Shown: piece by piece, positions 1 to 10,549 of the stretch
How the letters are laid out: every line of letters starts with the position of its first letter
How positions within the stretch are numbered: position 1 is the first letter of the stretch
Source: Clostridia bacterium
GTDB lineage: Bacteria > Bacillota > Clostridia > UMGS1883 > UMGS1540
NCBI GenBank assembly: GCA_045656005.1
Contig: JAZOQG010000011.1
Location: 1-61,384 of the forward strand
DNA: 61,384 nucleotides
Direction: 5' to 3'
Made by a program: the position numbers and the translations under genes
The notes under the pieces: model-generated
Told to the model about the DNA's origin: nothing
The model's database searches: none
The model's input: the letters and a program-made list of their open reading frames with translations, nothing else

Positions 1-1291
1 TTATGGGCATTACAGGTCCTGTTCCCAAAAGTCCGCCAAACTGGACAATGTCGCCAACCTTTTTGCCGGGGGCAGGGATAATTCTTACGGCTGTTGTTTT
101 TGTATTTACCATGCCGATTGCCGCTTCGTCTGCAATAAGACCCGAAATGGTTTCGGCAGATGTGTCACCTGGAACTACAACCATGTCAATTCCCACAGAG
201 CAAACGCAAGTCATAGCCTCAAGCTTTTCAAGAGATAATGCTCCGCATTTAACTGCTTCAATCATGCCTGCATCTTCGCTTACGGGGATAAACGCACCGC
301 TTAAACCTCCAACGTAGGAAGAAGCCATAACACCGCCTTTTTTAACTGCGTCGTTTAAAAGTGCTAATGCCGCAGTAGTGCCCGGAGCACCGCACTTCTC
401 AAGTCCCATTTCCTCTAAAATGTATGCAACGCTGTCGCCAACTGCAGGAGTGGGGGCGAGTGAAAGGTCAACAATACCAAATGGAACCCCAAGTCTTTTT
501 GAAGCCTCTGATGCTACAAGCTGACCCATTCTTGTTATTTTAAAAGCAGTTTTCTTTATTGTTTCTGCAACAGTTCCAAAATCTTTTCCTGAAACCTTTT
601 CCAAAGCACATTTAACAACACCGGGACCGCTTACCCCGACATTTATAACAGCTTCCCCTTCGCCTACACCGTGAAAAGCACCTGCCATAAAGGGATTGTC
701 TTCAACTGCATTTGCAAAAACCACCAGCTTTGCACATGCAAAACCGTCCTGCTCTTTAGAAAGCTCTGCCGCCGTCTTTATAATTCTTCCCATCTGCGCT
801 ACTGCGTCCATGTTGATACCCGCTTTTGTAGAGCCTATGTTTACGCTTCCGCAAACTCTGTTTGTGGTTGAAAGGGCTTCGGGAATTGATTCTATGAACT
901 CTCTGTCGCCTCTTGTATAACCTTTTTGTACAAGGGCACTGTATCCGCCTATGAAGTTTACTCCCGTAGTATCTGCCGCTTTATCGAGTGCACGGGCAAA
1001 TTTAATATAGTCACCGCAGCTTCCGGAAACCATTGAAATAGGAGTTACGGAAATACGCTTGTTAATTATCGGAATACCAAATTCCTTTTCAATATCTTCG
1101 CCCGTTTTAACAAGGTTTTCTGCCAAACGTGTGATTTTGTCATAAACCTTTTGGGAGCAAATAGAGGCATCGTCTCCTATGCAGTCGAGTAAGGAAATGC
1201 CCATTGTAATTGTTCTTATATCAAGATTTTCCTCTTTTATCATGTTAAGAGTTTCCATGATTTCAAAGGGATTGATAGTTTTAAAAGCCAT
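1..1291 (-). CDS. PFL-like / DUF711 (UPF0210) family protein, 3' end cut by the window edge
   Basis: Not in the ORF track because no stop lies in the window. Minus-strand ATG at 1291 with SD GGGGTG; reads [37 protein letters not shown]... to ...GPVMPI; typical partner of the upstream ACT gene. Confidence 0.85.
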   Translation of the reverse strand, partial: MAFKTINPFEIMETLNMIKEENLDIRTITMGISLLDCIGDDASICSQKVYDKITRLAENLVKTGEDIEKEFGIPIINKRISVTPISMVSGSCGDYIKFARALDKAADTTGVNFIGGYSALVQKGYTRGDREFIESIPEALSTTNRVCGSVNIGSTKAGINMDAVAQMGRIIKTAAELSKEQDGFACAKLVVFANAVEDNPFMAGAFHGVGEGEAVINVGVSGPGVVKCALEKVSGKDFGTVAETIKKTAFKITRMGQLVASEASKRLGVPFGIVDLSLAPTPAVGDSVAYILEEMGLEKCGAPGTTAALALLNDAVKKGGVMASSYVGGLSGAFIPVSEDAGMIEAVKCGALSLEKLEAMTCVCSVGIDMVVVPGDTSAETISGLIADEAAIGMVNTKTTAVRIIPAPGKKVGDIVQFGGLLGTGPVMPI

Positions 1292-1304
1292 GTTTTTTCA
1301 CCCC

Positions 1305-1574
1305 TTATATTCTGTGCATGGAATTGAATAAATCCTCATGCTTTATGGAAATCGAAACCCCAAGCTCGTCTCCGCATCTATTTAGCTCTTCAGAAATTTC
1401 TGCAACCTTTTTGGAGCTTTTTGAAAGGTCAACAAGCATTATCATGGTAAAAACATCCTGCATAATAGTCTGGGAAATATCTAAAATGTTGATACTGTTT
1501 TCTGCAAGTAGTGTGCTTACCTTTGAAATAATGCCGACTCTGTCATCACCGAGCACAGTAATTATTGCTCTCAT
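1305..1574 (-). CDS. ACT domain protein (UPF0237)
   Basis: MRAIITVLGDDRVGIISKVS...DISQTIMQDVFTMIMLVD ACT signature; upstream of DUF711 gene. Confidence 0.88.
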   Translation of the reverse strand: MRAIITVLGDDRVGIISKVSTLLAENSINILDISQTIMQDVFTMIMLVDLSKSSKKVAEISEELNRCGDELGVSISIKHEDLFNSMHRI

Positions 1575-1638
1575 TAATATCGCCTCACAATTTAATATAA
1601 TAATTCATTTTATCATAATAAGAAGAATTTGTAAACAA

Positions 1639-1667
1639 AAACTTGTTGCCATAAAGGCAACAAGTTT
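1639..1667. terminator. Intrinsic terminator hairpin after the 57-aa ORF
   Basis: AAACTTGTTGCC-ataaa-GGCAACAAGTTT perfect 12-bp inverted repeat. Confidence 0.7.
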
Positions 1668-1839
1668 ATTCTTCCTCTTCGATATTTTGTAGTGCAACAC
1701 GCACTGCCTCGATAACAAATGCACTAAATGTGCAGGTGGTTCCTGTTATAGCTTTTTCTACATCTTCTATAACATCATTTGGAAACCTTATACTTTTATT
1801 GGTTGTTGGCGGAATTGCTGGTATTTTAAATTTTCTCAT
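1666..1839 (-). CDS. 57-aa small protein, probable ribbon-helix-helix-like DNA-binding protein (not in ORF track)
   Basis: SD GAGGTGA, ATG 1839, TAA 1668-1666; MRKFKIPAIPPTTNKSIRFPNDVIEDVEKAITGTTCTFSAFVIEAVRVALQNIEEEE; the KSIRFP strand followed by two helices fits RHH; own terminator. Confidence 0.75.
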   Translation of the reverse strand: MRKFKIPAIPPTTNKSIRFPNDVIEDVEKAITGTTCTFSAFVIEAVRVALQNIEEEE

Positions 1840-1903
1840 AAATAATCACCTCTGTAATACAATTATATGTATTTTTACACACATTGTATGTGCAACAAAT
1901 GTG

Positions 1904-1932
1904 TTGCAATATATTCCGGAATGTGCTATAAT
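1904..1932 (+). promoter_or_regulatory. sigma-A promoter of the 68-aa gene, with an overlapping inverted repeat
   Basis: TTGCAA-17 bp-TATAAT with TG extension; TGCAACA-aatg-TGTTGCA (1891-1908) overlaps the -35. Confidence 0.65.
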
Positions 1933-1963
1933 AACATCACAAGATTACATATGAGGTGGAAAT

Positions 1964-2170
1964 ATGATTATAAAAAATGAAGACGGATTTATTTTGACAC
2001 CAAGTTTAAACGGGAAAGAGTGTAGGCATGACGGAGAGCATTTCGATGAGAGTGGAAATCTTTTTGACTGTCATTGCGGAGAATGCAGTTATTACTTAAA
2101 CTGTTTTGGTCATGAGGTAGAAGACTATTTTAAAAATGAAATTAATAAAAGATTAATAAACAAAAAATAA
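1964..2170 (+). CDS. 68-aa Cys/His-rich hypothetical protein (possible metal binding)
   Basis: SD GAGGTGG; promoter and terminator present; C-x-H, CHCGEC-x4-C motifs. Confidence 0.65.
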   Translation: MIIKNEDGFILTPSLNGKECRHDGEHFDESGNLFDCHCGECSYYLNCFGHEVEDYFKNEINKRLINKK

Positions 2171-2198
2171 TCCGAACTCAAAGTTCGGATTATTTTTT
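2162..2198 (+). terminator. Intrinsic terminator
   Basis: 17-bp perfect inverted repeat AAAAAATAATCCGAACT-caa-AGTTCGGATTATTTTTT. Confidence 0.8.
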
Positions 2199-2200
2199 CT

Positions 2201-2419
2201 AGGGAATAGGAAAAAATGTTTCAGAACGGACAGACTGCGACGAAGTTGTATATAGATACTACGATGGAGCAGTCTGTCCGTAGCAAAAAGGCGTAAAAAT
2301 ATAGGGAAATCTCAATTGATGAGATTTCCCTACTGAATAAGTTAATTTAATGTTTTAAAAAACACTATATTATTATAAAATCTTGCCTTTTTGCGTTCTG
2401 GACTTTTTTAACATTCCCT
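2201..2419 (-). mobile_element. MITE-like dispersed structured repeat, copy 1
   Basis: Homologous to 28328-28561 in the opposite orientation; imperfect TIRs AGGGAATnnnAAAAAA; internal hairpins CGGACAGACTGC/GCAGTCTGTCCG and AGGGAAATCTCA/TGAGATTTCCCT. Confidence 0.7.
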
Positions 2420-2420
2420 A

Positions 2421-4064
<1,644 letters not shown>

Positions 4065-4069
4065 CTAAA

Positions 4070-4360
<291 letters not shown>

Positions 4361-4375
4361 TTACCTCCTATCATT

Positions 4376-4402
4376 TTAGCACTCAACACCCCTGAGTGCT
4401 AA
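4376..4402. promoter_or_regulatory. CIRCE element (HrcA operator)
   Basis: Perfect TTAGCACTC-N9-GAGTGCTAA upstream of groES. Confidence 0.97.
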
Positions 4403-4410
4403 CAATGGAT

Positions 4411-4438
4411 ATAATACCACATTTTACCTTATATTCAA
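4411..4438 (-). promoter_or_regulatory. sigma-A promoter of groESL
   Basis: Minus strand TTGAAT-16 bp-TATTAT with TG extension, directly upstream of CIRCE. Confidence 0.6.
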
Positions 4439-4617
4439 AACGCGATTTTGGCACAAAAAATAAAGTTTTCTAAATAATACTTCTGTTTTCTTCTGTTTCC
4501 TTTTGATTTCTAAATATTTGTGTTTTCTCGGAATTTAAAATTTATTCATATTTACCTCTTGATGTGAACATTTTGTAAATTTACATTTAATATAGAATAA
4601 AATGAACATTTTTAATA

Positions 4618-4646
4618 TTGACAAATAAAAAATATAACTGTAAACT
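4618..4646 (+). promoter_or_regulatory. sigma-A promoter of the ABC/SLH operon
   Basis: TTGACA-17 bp-TAAACT; 12-bp palindrome TGTAAATTTACA upstream at 4573-4584. Confidence 0.55.
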
Positions 4647-4675
4647 GAAAACACTTGATATTTGGAGGTAGCTTT

Positions 4676-6355
4676 ATGGAGCGAAGAATTTTGGTGGTGA
4701 AGGAAAAATTTAAAAAGCCTTCCCGAAAAACAATAATTATAGCTATAATATGTTTGGTTTTGGCAGTAGCCCTTGCAGTAGGATTTGCCCTTAAGAAAAA
4801 GGATAAGCCTGTTGACAACATAAAGCAGATGATAGTTAAAGTGACAAAAGGAAATATTTTAAATGTTGTTGAGGGAAGCGGAGTTTTGGAGGCTAATGAG
4901 CAATATGACATCACAAGTTTGGTGTCAGGTGATATTATTGCCGATTATTTCGCTGAAGGTGACATGGTAGAAAAAGATATGGTGCTTTATCAGATAGATT
5001 CCAAATCCATTGAGAAAAATATAGATAAATCGCAAAATCAGATTACACAATCGCAACTTTCGTATAACGAAGCAATAAAAAATCTTGAAGATTTAAATTG
5101 TCCATCGCCTTGCGGTGGTACTATTACAAATATGTATGTGAAAAAGGGTGACAAAATTTCAAACGGCACAAAAATATGCGATATAGTTAATAATGAAACA
5201 ATGACTCTTACACTTCCGTTTATCGCATCTCAGGCAGATACACTCTACATAGGGCAAAATGCAAGGGTTGAAATCCTTGGTGACAGCGGAATGTACAGCG
5301 GAACCGTTGTGGGAATATCAGGCGGAAGTCAGACAAATTCCTTTGGCGTCGCAATTAAAAAGGTAGAAATAAGTGTTCAAAACCCAGGAGGTATATCAGA
5401 AAACGATACTGCAACCGCGGTAGTTGGAGGTGTTGCATGTAATGCTCCGGGGAATTTTGAATATGCAGAAAATCAGACAGTTTTGGCAGAGGTTTCAGGG
5501 ACAGTTGAAAGACTTAACTTTATGGAAGGCGACAAAGTTTATAAAGGTAATTCCATTATAAAAATAAATAATGACAGTATAGAAAATCAGGTAACAAACG
5601 CAGGTCTTGCACTTAATAATGCCCAACTTTCACTCGGTGACCTTAAAGACGATTTGGAGCAGTACGCAATTAAAGCACCGATTTCAGGAAAAATAATTCA
5701 GAAAAATTCCAAAGCAGGAGATAAACTCGGGGCAGGCTCACAAAACAACAGTAATGTAATGGCAGTAGTTGCAGACCTTTCGCAGTTTAAACTTACTATT
5801 AATATAGACGAGCTTGAGGTCTCATCTCTTTCGGTAGGGCAGAAGGCTATGGTAACTGTTGATGCACTTGATGGCAGAACATTTGAAGGCACAGTAAATA
5901 ACATAAGTATTATAGGAACATCTTCAAACGGTGTTACAACATATCCTGTTGAAATCGTTATTCCTGCAATGCCCGATGCTAATCTTATTCCCGGAATGAA
6001 TGTTGATGCTACAATAATTATAGAAGAAAAACGTGATATTCTCCTCTTGCCCGCGGCAGCAGTAAGCCGTGGTAACACAGTTTTGAAAGACGGAGAAAAA
6101 GTAGAAGTTAAGATAGGAATTACAGACGGAAAGATGGTTGAAATTTTAAGCGGACTCAAAGAAGGAGACGAAGTAACCATAGAAAGCGTTCGTCAGATGT
6201 CGGGAGAAAATCCGATGGGCGGCATGATGGGCGGAGGAATGCCCTCTATGGGAGGTTCGATGCCAAGAATGGGAGGCTCAATGCCATCAGGAATGGGTGG
6301 TATGGGTTCAGGCAGAAGCATGGGTTCAATGCCCGGCGGAGGCATGATGCGATGA
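4676..6355 (+). CDS. MacA/YknX-like membrane fusion (periplasmic adaptor) protein with Met/Gly-rich tail
   Basis: SD GGAGG then ATG 4676; N-terminal TM; lipoyl-like IKAPISGKI motifs; coiled coil; upstream of ABC ATPase and permease. Confidence 0.9.
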   Translation: MERRILVVKEKFKKPSRKTIIIAIICLVLAVALAVGFALKKKDKPVDNIKQMIVKVTKGNILNVVEGSGVLEANEQYDITSLVSGDIIADYFAEGDMVEKDMVLYQIDSKSIEKNIDKSQNQITQSQLSYNEAIKNLEDLNCPSPCGGTITNMYVKKGDKISNGTKICDIVNNETMTLTLPFIASQADTLYIGQNARVEILGDSGMYSGTVVGISGGSQTNSFGVAIKKVEISVQNPGGISENDTATAVVGGVACNAPGNFEYAENQTVLAEVSGTVERLNFMEGDKVYKGNSIIKINNDSIENQVTNAGLALNNAQLSLGDLKDDLEQYAIKAPISGKIIQKNSKAGDKLGAGSQNNSNVMAVVADLSQFKLTINIDELEVSSLSVGQKAMVTVDALDGRTFEGTVNNISIIGTSSNGVTTYPVEIVIPAMPDANLIPGMNVDATIIIEEKRDILLLPAAAVSRGNTVLKDGEKVEVKIGITDGKMVEILSGLKEGDEVTIESVRQMSGENPMGGMMGGGMPSMGGSMPRMGGSMPSGMGGMGSGRSMGSMPGGGMMR

Positions 6356-7038
6356 TAGAATTTCGTGACATATATAAAATTTATGGCGAAGGAGAAGGCG
6401 AAAGCGAAGTAAGAGCAGTTGACGGAGTTTCGTTTTTTATAGACCGTGGCGAATTCGTTGGAATTGTAGGCGCATCAGGCTCAGGAAAAAGTACCTGCAT
6501 GAATATTATAGGGTGCCTTGATACTCCGACAAGAGGAACATATCTTCTAAATGGAACAGATGTAAGCACTATGAACCCAAAAGAGCTTGCACATGTTCGT
6601 AACCGTGAACTCGGCTTTATCTTTCAGCAGTATAATCTTATTCCAAAACTTACGATACTTGAAAATGTTGAATTACCTTTGCTTTATAAAGGACTTTCAC
6701 AAAGTGAACAGAGACGCCTTGCACTTGATGCCCTTGAAAGAGTAGGTCTTGCGGACAGGATAAAAAAATTTCCGTCTCAGCTTTCGGGCGGTCAGCAACA
6801 GAGGGTTTCTATTGCCCGTGCCCTTGCGGGAAAACCTCCCGTAATACTTGCGGATGAGCCGACTGGTGCTCTCGACTCTAAAACAGGCAGAGAAGTTTTA
6901 GATTTTATTAAAAAACTAAATGATGACGGAACAACCATAGTTTTAATTACCCATGATAATTCCATTGCCGCACAGTGCCCAAGAGTTATGCGAATTCATG
7001 ACGGCAAAATTATAGAGGATATAAGGAGGCAGAAATGA
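6352..7038 (+). CDS. MacB-type ABC transporter ATP-binding protein
   Basis: Walker A GASGSGKS, LSGGQQQRV, ILADEPTGALD. Confidence 0.95.
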   Translation: MIEFRDIYKIYGEGEGESEVRAVDGVSFFIDRGEFVGIVGASGSGKSTCMNIIGCLDTPTRGTYLLNGTDVSTMNPKELAHVRNRELGFIFQQYNLIPKLTILENVELPLLYKGLSQSEQRRLALDALERVGLADRIKKFPSQLSGGQQQRVSIARALAGKPPVILADEPTGALDSKTGREVLDFIKKLNDDGTTIVLITHDNSIAAQCPRVMRIHDGKIIEDIRRQK

Positions 7039-8210
7039 GTATTTTTCAGTCATTTAAACTTGCAGTAAAAAGCCTTGCCTCCAGTAAAATGCGTGCGTTT
7101 TTAACGATGCTCGGCATAATTATAGGTATTGCGGCTGTAATATCTCTCGTATCTCTGATGAGCGGAATGACAAATGAGATTGTTTCTTCTTTTGAAAGCA
7201 TGGGTGTTACAAACCTTACCGTAAACGTTATAGGCAGAGGCGGAAATATTCAGGTATCAACGAGTGACTTGCAGGAATTTGTTGATGAAAATGCCGAACT
7301 TTTTTCAGGCATGACCCCGACCGTAACAGTGCCCGCAACAGTTAAAAAAGGAGCAGAGTCTTTAACTTCAACCTCTGTTTCAGGTGTAAGCGATGCTTAC
7401 GACGAAATAAATTCGAAAGAGGTTACAAGAGGAAACTTTTTAACTTATATTGATGTTGAAAGAAGTCAGCGAAACTGTGTTATAGGCACCTATGTTGCAA
7501 GAAGCTTTTTTGGTATGAAAAATCCTCTGGGCGAGAAAATCAAAATAAATGGTAACGGTTTTACAGTTGTGGGAGTGCTTAAGGAAACTGCCGAAAGCGA
7601 AGAGGGAAGCGATGATGATAAAATCTTAATCCCATACACAACCGCACAGAAAATTGCCTATACAAGAGCTAATACATACACGGTTTCCGCAATGACAAAG
7701 GATGATGTGTCGGCGGCAAAAGAAAAACTGGAAGGGTTTCTTTATGAAAAACTTGGAAATGATAAACTCTATACAGTTATTGCCTTAAGTGAAATTACCG
7801 ATACTTTAAATGATATGCTCGGCAAAATGTCTCTCCTGCTTGCAGGGATTGCGGCAATTTCCCTTCTTGTAGGAGGAATTGGCATTATGAACATAATGCT
7901 CGTGTCCGTTACGGAGAGAACAAGGGAAATAGGCATAAGAAAAGCACTTGGCGCAACCCCTTGGGATATACTTAGTCAGTTCGTGGTAGAAGCACTTACT
8001 ACAAGTGCCATAGGCGGAATAATAGGCATTTTTGTCGGAATATTTATGGCAAATGCCATGGGCAACATGATAGGAATAAAAGCGGCAATTTCTGTATCGG
8101 CAATAGTAATTTCTGTTTCCGTTTCCGCAGGAATAGGTGTAATATTCGGCTACCTTCCTGCAAAGAAAGCCGCAAAACTTAACCCAATCGATGCACTTCG
8201 TTACGATTGA
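7035..8210 (+). CDS. MacB/FtsX-type ABC permease
   Basis: RAFLTMLGIIIGIA, GGIGIMNIMLVSVTERTREIGIRKALGA, LNPIDALRY. Confidence 0.95.
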   Translation: MSIFQSFKLAVKSLASSKMRAFLTMLGIIIGIAAVISLVSLMSGMTNEIVSSFESMGVTNLTVNVIGRGGNIQVSTSDLQEFVDENAELFSGMTPTVTVPATVKKGAESLTSTSVSGVSDAYDEINSKEVTRGNFLTYIDVERSQRNCVIGTYVARSFFGMKNPLGEKIKINGNGFTVVGVLKETAESEEGSDDDKILIPYTTAQKIAYTRANTYTVSAMTKDDVSAAKEKLEGFLYEKLGNDKLYTVIALSEITDTLNDMLGKMSLLLAGIAAISLLVGGIGIMNIMLVSVTERTREIGIRKALGATPWDILSQFVVEALTTSAIGGIIGIFVGIFMANAMGNMIGIKAAISVSAIVISVSVSAGIGVIFGYLPAKKAAKLNPIDALRYD

Positions 8211-8224
8211 TTTTAGGAGGAATT

Positions 8225-10459
8225 ATGAAAAAGATTATTTCATTGATTTTAGTTTTTTCCATGCTTTTTATAGGCACTTTTGTCTATGCTGATGAGGCTG
8301 ACACGCGTTTTGGTGTTTTAAAAGCATTTGGAATAATGGAAGGTGACGGCATGGGTAACTTAAATCTTGAAAGACCCGTTACACGTGCCGAATTCACAAA
8401 AATGGCAATAGCCGCATCAACACTTAGAAACAGTGTGACAAGCTCGCTTTCTGTTTCGCCTTTTCCTGATGTAAGCTATGATAAGTGGTATGCGTCTTAT
8501 ATTTATCTTGGCGTTTCAAACGGATTTTTAGCAGGTTATAAGGACGGAACATTTAAACCTGATAATGAAGTTTTGTACGAAGAAGGCGTTGCCATAATTT
8601 TAAGACTTTTAGGCTATCAGGACAGTGAGTTTGCATACTCGTGGCCTCAGGGTCAAATTTCAATGGGCGAAAGGATAGGACTTTGTGATGGTGTAAATTC
8701 TTATCAGGGTCAGCCTCTTACAAGAAATCAGGTTTCATATCTTTTCTATAACCTTCTCTCATGCACAAATAAAAGCGGCGGAGAATATACTGCTTCTTTA
8801 GACCATTCAATAGTAAGCGACATAATGATAAATTCTTCTTATTTGCAGGATGACACTATAAAAAAAGGATATGTTCTTACAAGTGCAGGAACCTATGAGG
8901 TTTTAGATAGCTTTGACTATTCACTTGTAGGCTACAGAGGCGATGCAGTTGTAAAAGATAAAAAAATAGTGTCTTTTATTCCTGAAAGCACCAATAAAAC
9001 AGTTTATAATGTCTTTTCTGTTTCAGGGCAGAATCTCGTTTTGTCAAAGGACGGAAAAGTTTCCGACTATAAACTTGACGGTGACGAAATTTTATATGCA
9101 GACGGCACAAAAACAACAGTTTCGCAGATGCTTTCAAAATTTGCACCCGGCGATGTTTTGGAACTTCACCATGATAAAGACTGGGAGCTTCAATATGTTG
9201 CTTACAGCAAAAATGCACTCGAAGGTCCCCTCGTTATAAAAAGCTCTGCATGGTACCAAAGTGCAGGGGTTTCACCAAATGCCTTTGTGGTAAGAAATGG
9301 CAAAATTTCAAATCTTGATAATCTGGAGATGTACGATGTGGTGTACTATTCCAGAGAGCTTCAAAGTGTTTGGGCAAGTGATAAAAGAGCCTTCGGCATA
9401 TATGAAGATGCCCTTCCGAACACCGACCAGATTGAAAGCATTGTGCTTTCAGGTGTAACATATAAAATAAATTCCGTTGATGCCTTTATAAAACTTTCCT
9501 CAGGCGGTCAGTTTAAAGAGGGAGATAATGTGACATTGCTTTTGGACCGTGACGGAAATGTGTGCGACGTTATAAGCCCCGACCAGACTGAAAACATCAT
9601 TGGCTTTATGATTTCAGGAGGCTCAAAAAATTACACTCAGGCAGACGGGGGAACATATTCTTCAAATTATGTAACCTTAATTACTGAAGATGGCGAAGAA
9701 GTAGAGTATGAAAGCATAAGGGATTATTCAAACTATTATAAGAATATGCCCGTAAGTGTTTCTTTTAAAAACGGAAAGGCAACACTTTCAAAACTTGAAA
9801 CCGCTTTTTCAGTTTTTGGAAAGGTGTCTCAAAGTGCGAAAAGCATAGGAAGTCTAATGCTCGATGATGATATTAAAATTGTTGACATAGTAAAAGGTGA
9901 TTTAAGCCTTGATGCCATTTATAAAAAAGTGTATCTTCAGAGAATTGACGGAGTTTCCATATCACAAAGCGACATAATTTATGCGGGGAAAAATTCCAAA
10001 GGAAAAATTGACATTCTTTTCTTAAATGATGTTACTGGCGATGCGTATTCATACGGAATTATAACAAAAGCCGTAAATGAATCAAGAGGTATGAATGTTT
10101 CAGGCAGTTACACGTATTTTGACCGCAGTCAGAAAGCTACTGTAAACACAAACAGAACGACATTTTCAGTCTATTCTGGAAATCCTGTTAAAATCCGCTA
10201 TTCTAAAAACGGTGTTGACAGCATGATAAAACTTTCCGAAATCGGAAAGGTGACGCAAATAGAAAATGGTACGGCGACAATAAAAGGCACATCATATTTT
10301 CTTGATGCAAATATTTCAATGTATAGTAAAGAAGGAAATGAATATCAGGCAATAACTCTCGATGAACTTAAAGAGCTTTTAAAAAGTAAAACAGTTACTG
10401 CTTATTCTGAAAGCACAAATCTTTTAAGAGGAAGAATAAGAGTGCTTTTAGTGAAATAA
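8225..10459 (+). CDS. Secreted S-layer homology (SLH) domain protein
   Basis: SD AGGAGG; signal peptide MKKIISLILVFSMLFIGTFVYA; SLH motifs VTRAEF and GYKDGTFKPDNEV. Confidence 0.88.
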   Translation: MKKIISLILVFSMLFIGTFVYADEADTRFGVLKAFGIMEGDGMGNLNLERPVTRAEFTKMAIAASTLRNSVTSSLSVSPFPDVSYDKWYASYIYLGVSNGFLAGYKDGTFKPDNEVLYEEGVAIILRLLGYQDSEFAYSWPQGQISMGERIGLCDGVNSYQGQPLTRNQVSYLFYNLLSCTNKSGGEYTASLDHSIVSDIMINSSYLQDDTIKKGYVLTSAGTYEVLDSFDYSLVGYRGDAVVKDKKIVSFIPESTNKTVYNVFSVSGQNLVLSKDGKVSDYKLDGDEILYADGTKTTVSQMLSKFAPGDVLELHHDKDWELQYVAYSKNALEGPLVIKSSAWYQSAGVSPNAFVVRNGKISNLDNLEMYDVVYYSRELQSVWASDKRAFGIYEDALPNTDQIESIVLSGVTYKINSVDAFIKLSSGGQFKEGDNVTLLLDRDGNVCDVISPDQTENIIGFMISGGSKNYTQADGGTYSSNYVTLITEDGEEVEYESIRDYSNYYKNMPVSVSFKNGKATLSKLETAFSVFGKVSQSAKSIGSLMLDDDIKIVDIVKGDLSLDAIYKKVYLQRIDGVSISQSDIIYAGKNSKGKIDILFLNDVTGDAYSYGIITKAVNESRGMNVSGSYTYFDRSQKATVNTNRTTFSVYSGNPVKIRYSKNGVDSMIKLSEIGKVTQIENGTATIKGTSYFLDANISMYSKEGNEYQAITLDELKELLKSKTVTAYSESTNLLRGRIRVLLVK

Positions 10460-10484
10460 TATTAAATTCCTTTAAATATTGTGC

Positions 10485-10513
10485 TTTACATTTTGGATAA
10501 ACTATGTTATAAT
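10485..10513 (+). promoter_or_regulatory. sigma-A promoter of pfp
   Basis: TTTACA-17 bp-TATAAT with TG extension. Confidence 0.65.
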
Positions 10514-10549
10514 ATCGAAAGTATGAATAATAAACGGAGGAGTAAAATT

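Noticed and set aside
3-920. Plus-strand ORFs 3..317, 671..871 and 696..920
   Set aside because: Antisense shadows of the DUF711 gene on the minus strand
2221-2335. Element hairpins as a CRISPR repeat, tRNA or hammerhead ribozyme
   Set aside because: No repeat-spacer periodicity, no cloverleaf or T-loop, no CUGAUGA/GAAA core
4535-4549. Good SD (AAGAGGT) plus ATG giving MNKF*, superficially like the MRKFKIP start of the RHH-like ORF
   Set aside because: Stops after 4 codons and the read-through sequence shows no further similarity; probably chance
4573-4612. Palindrome TGTAAATTTACA and repeated TGAACATTTT upstream of the ABC operon
   Set aside because: AT-rich and no cognate regulator in the window; cannot be distinguished from chance
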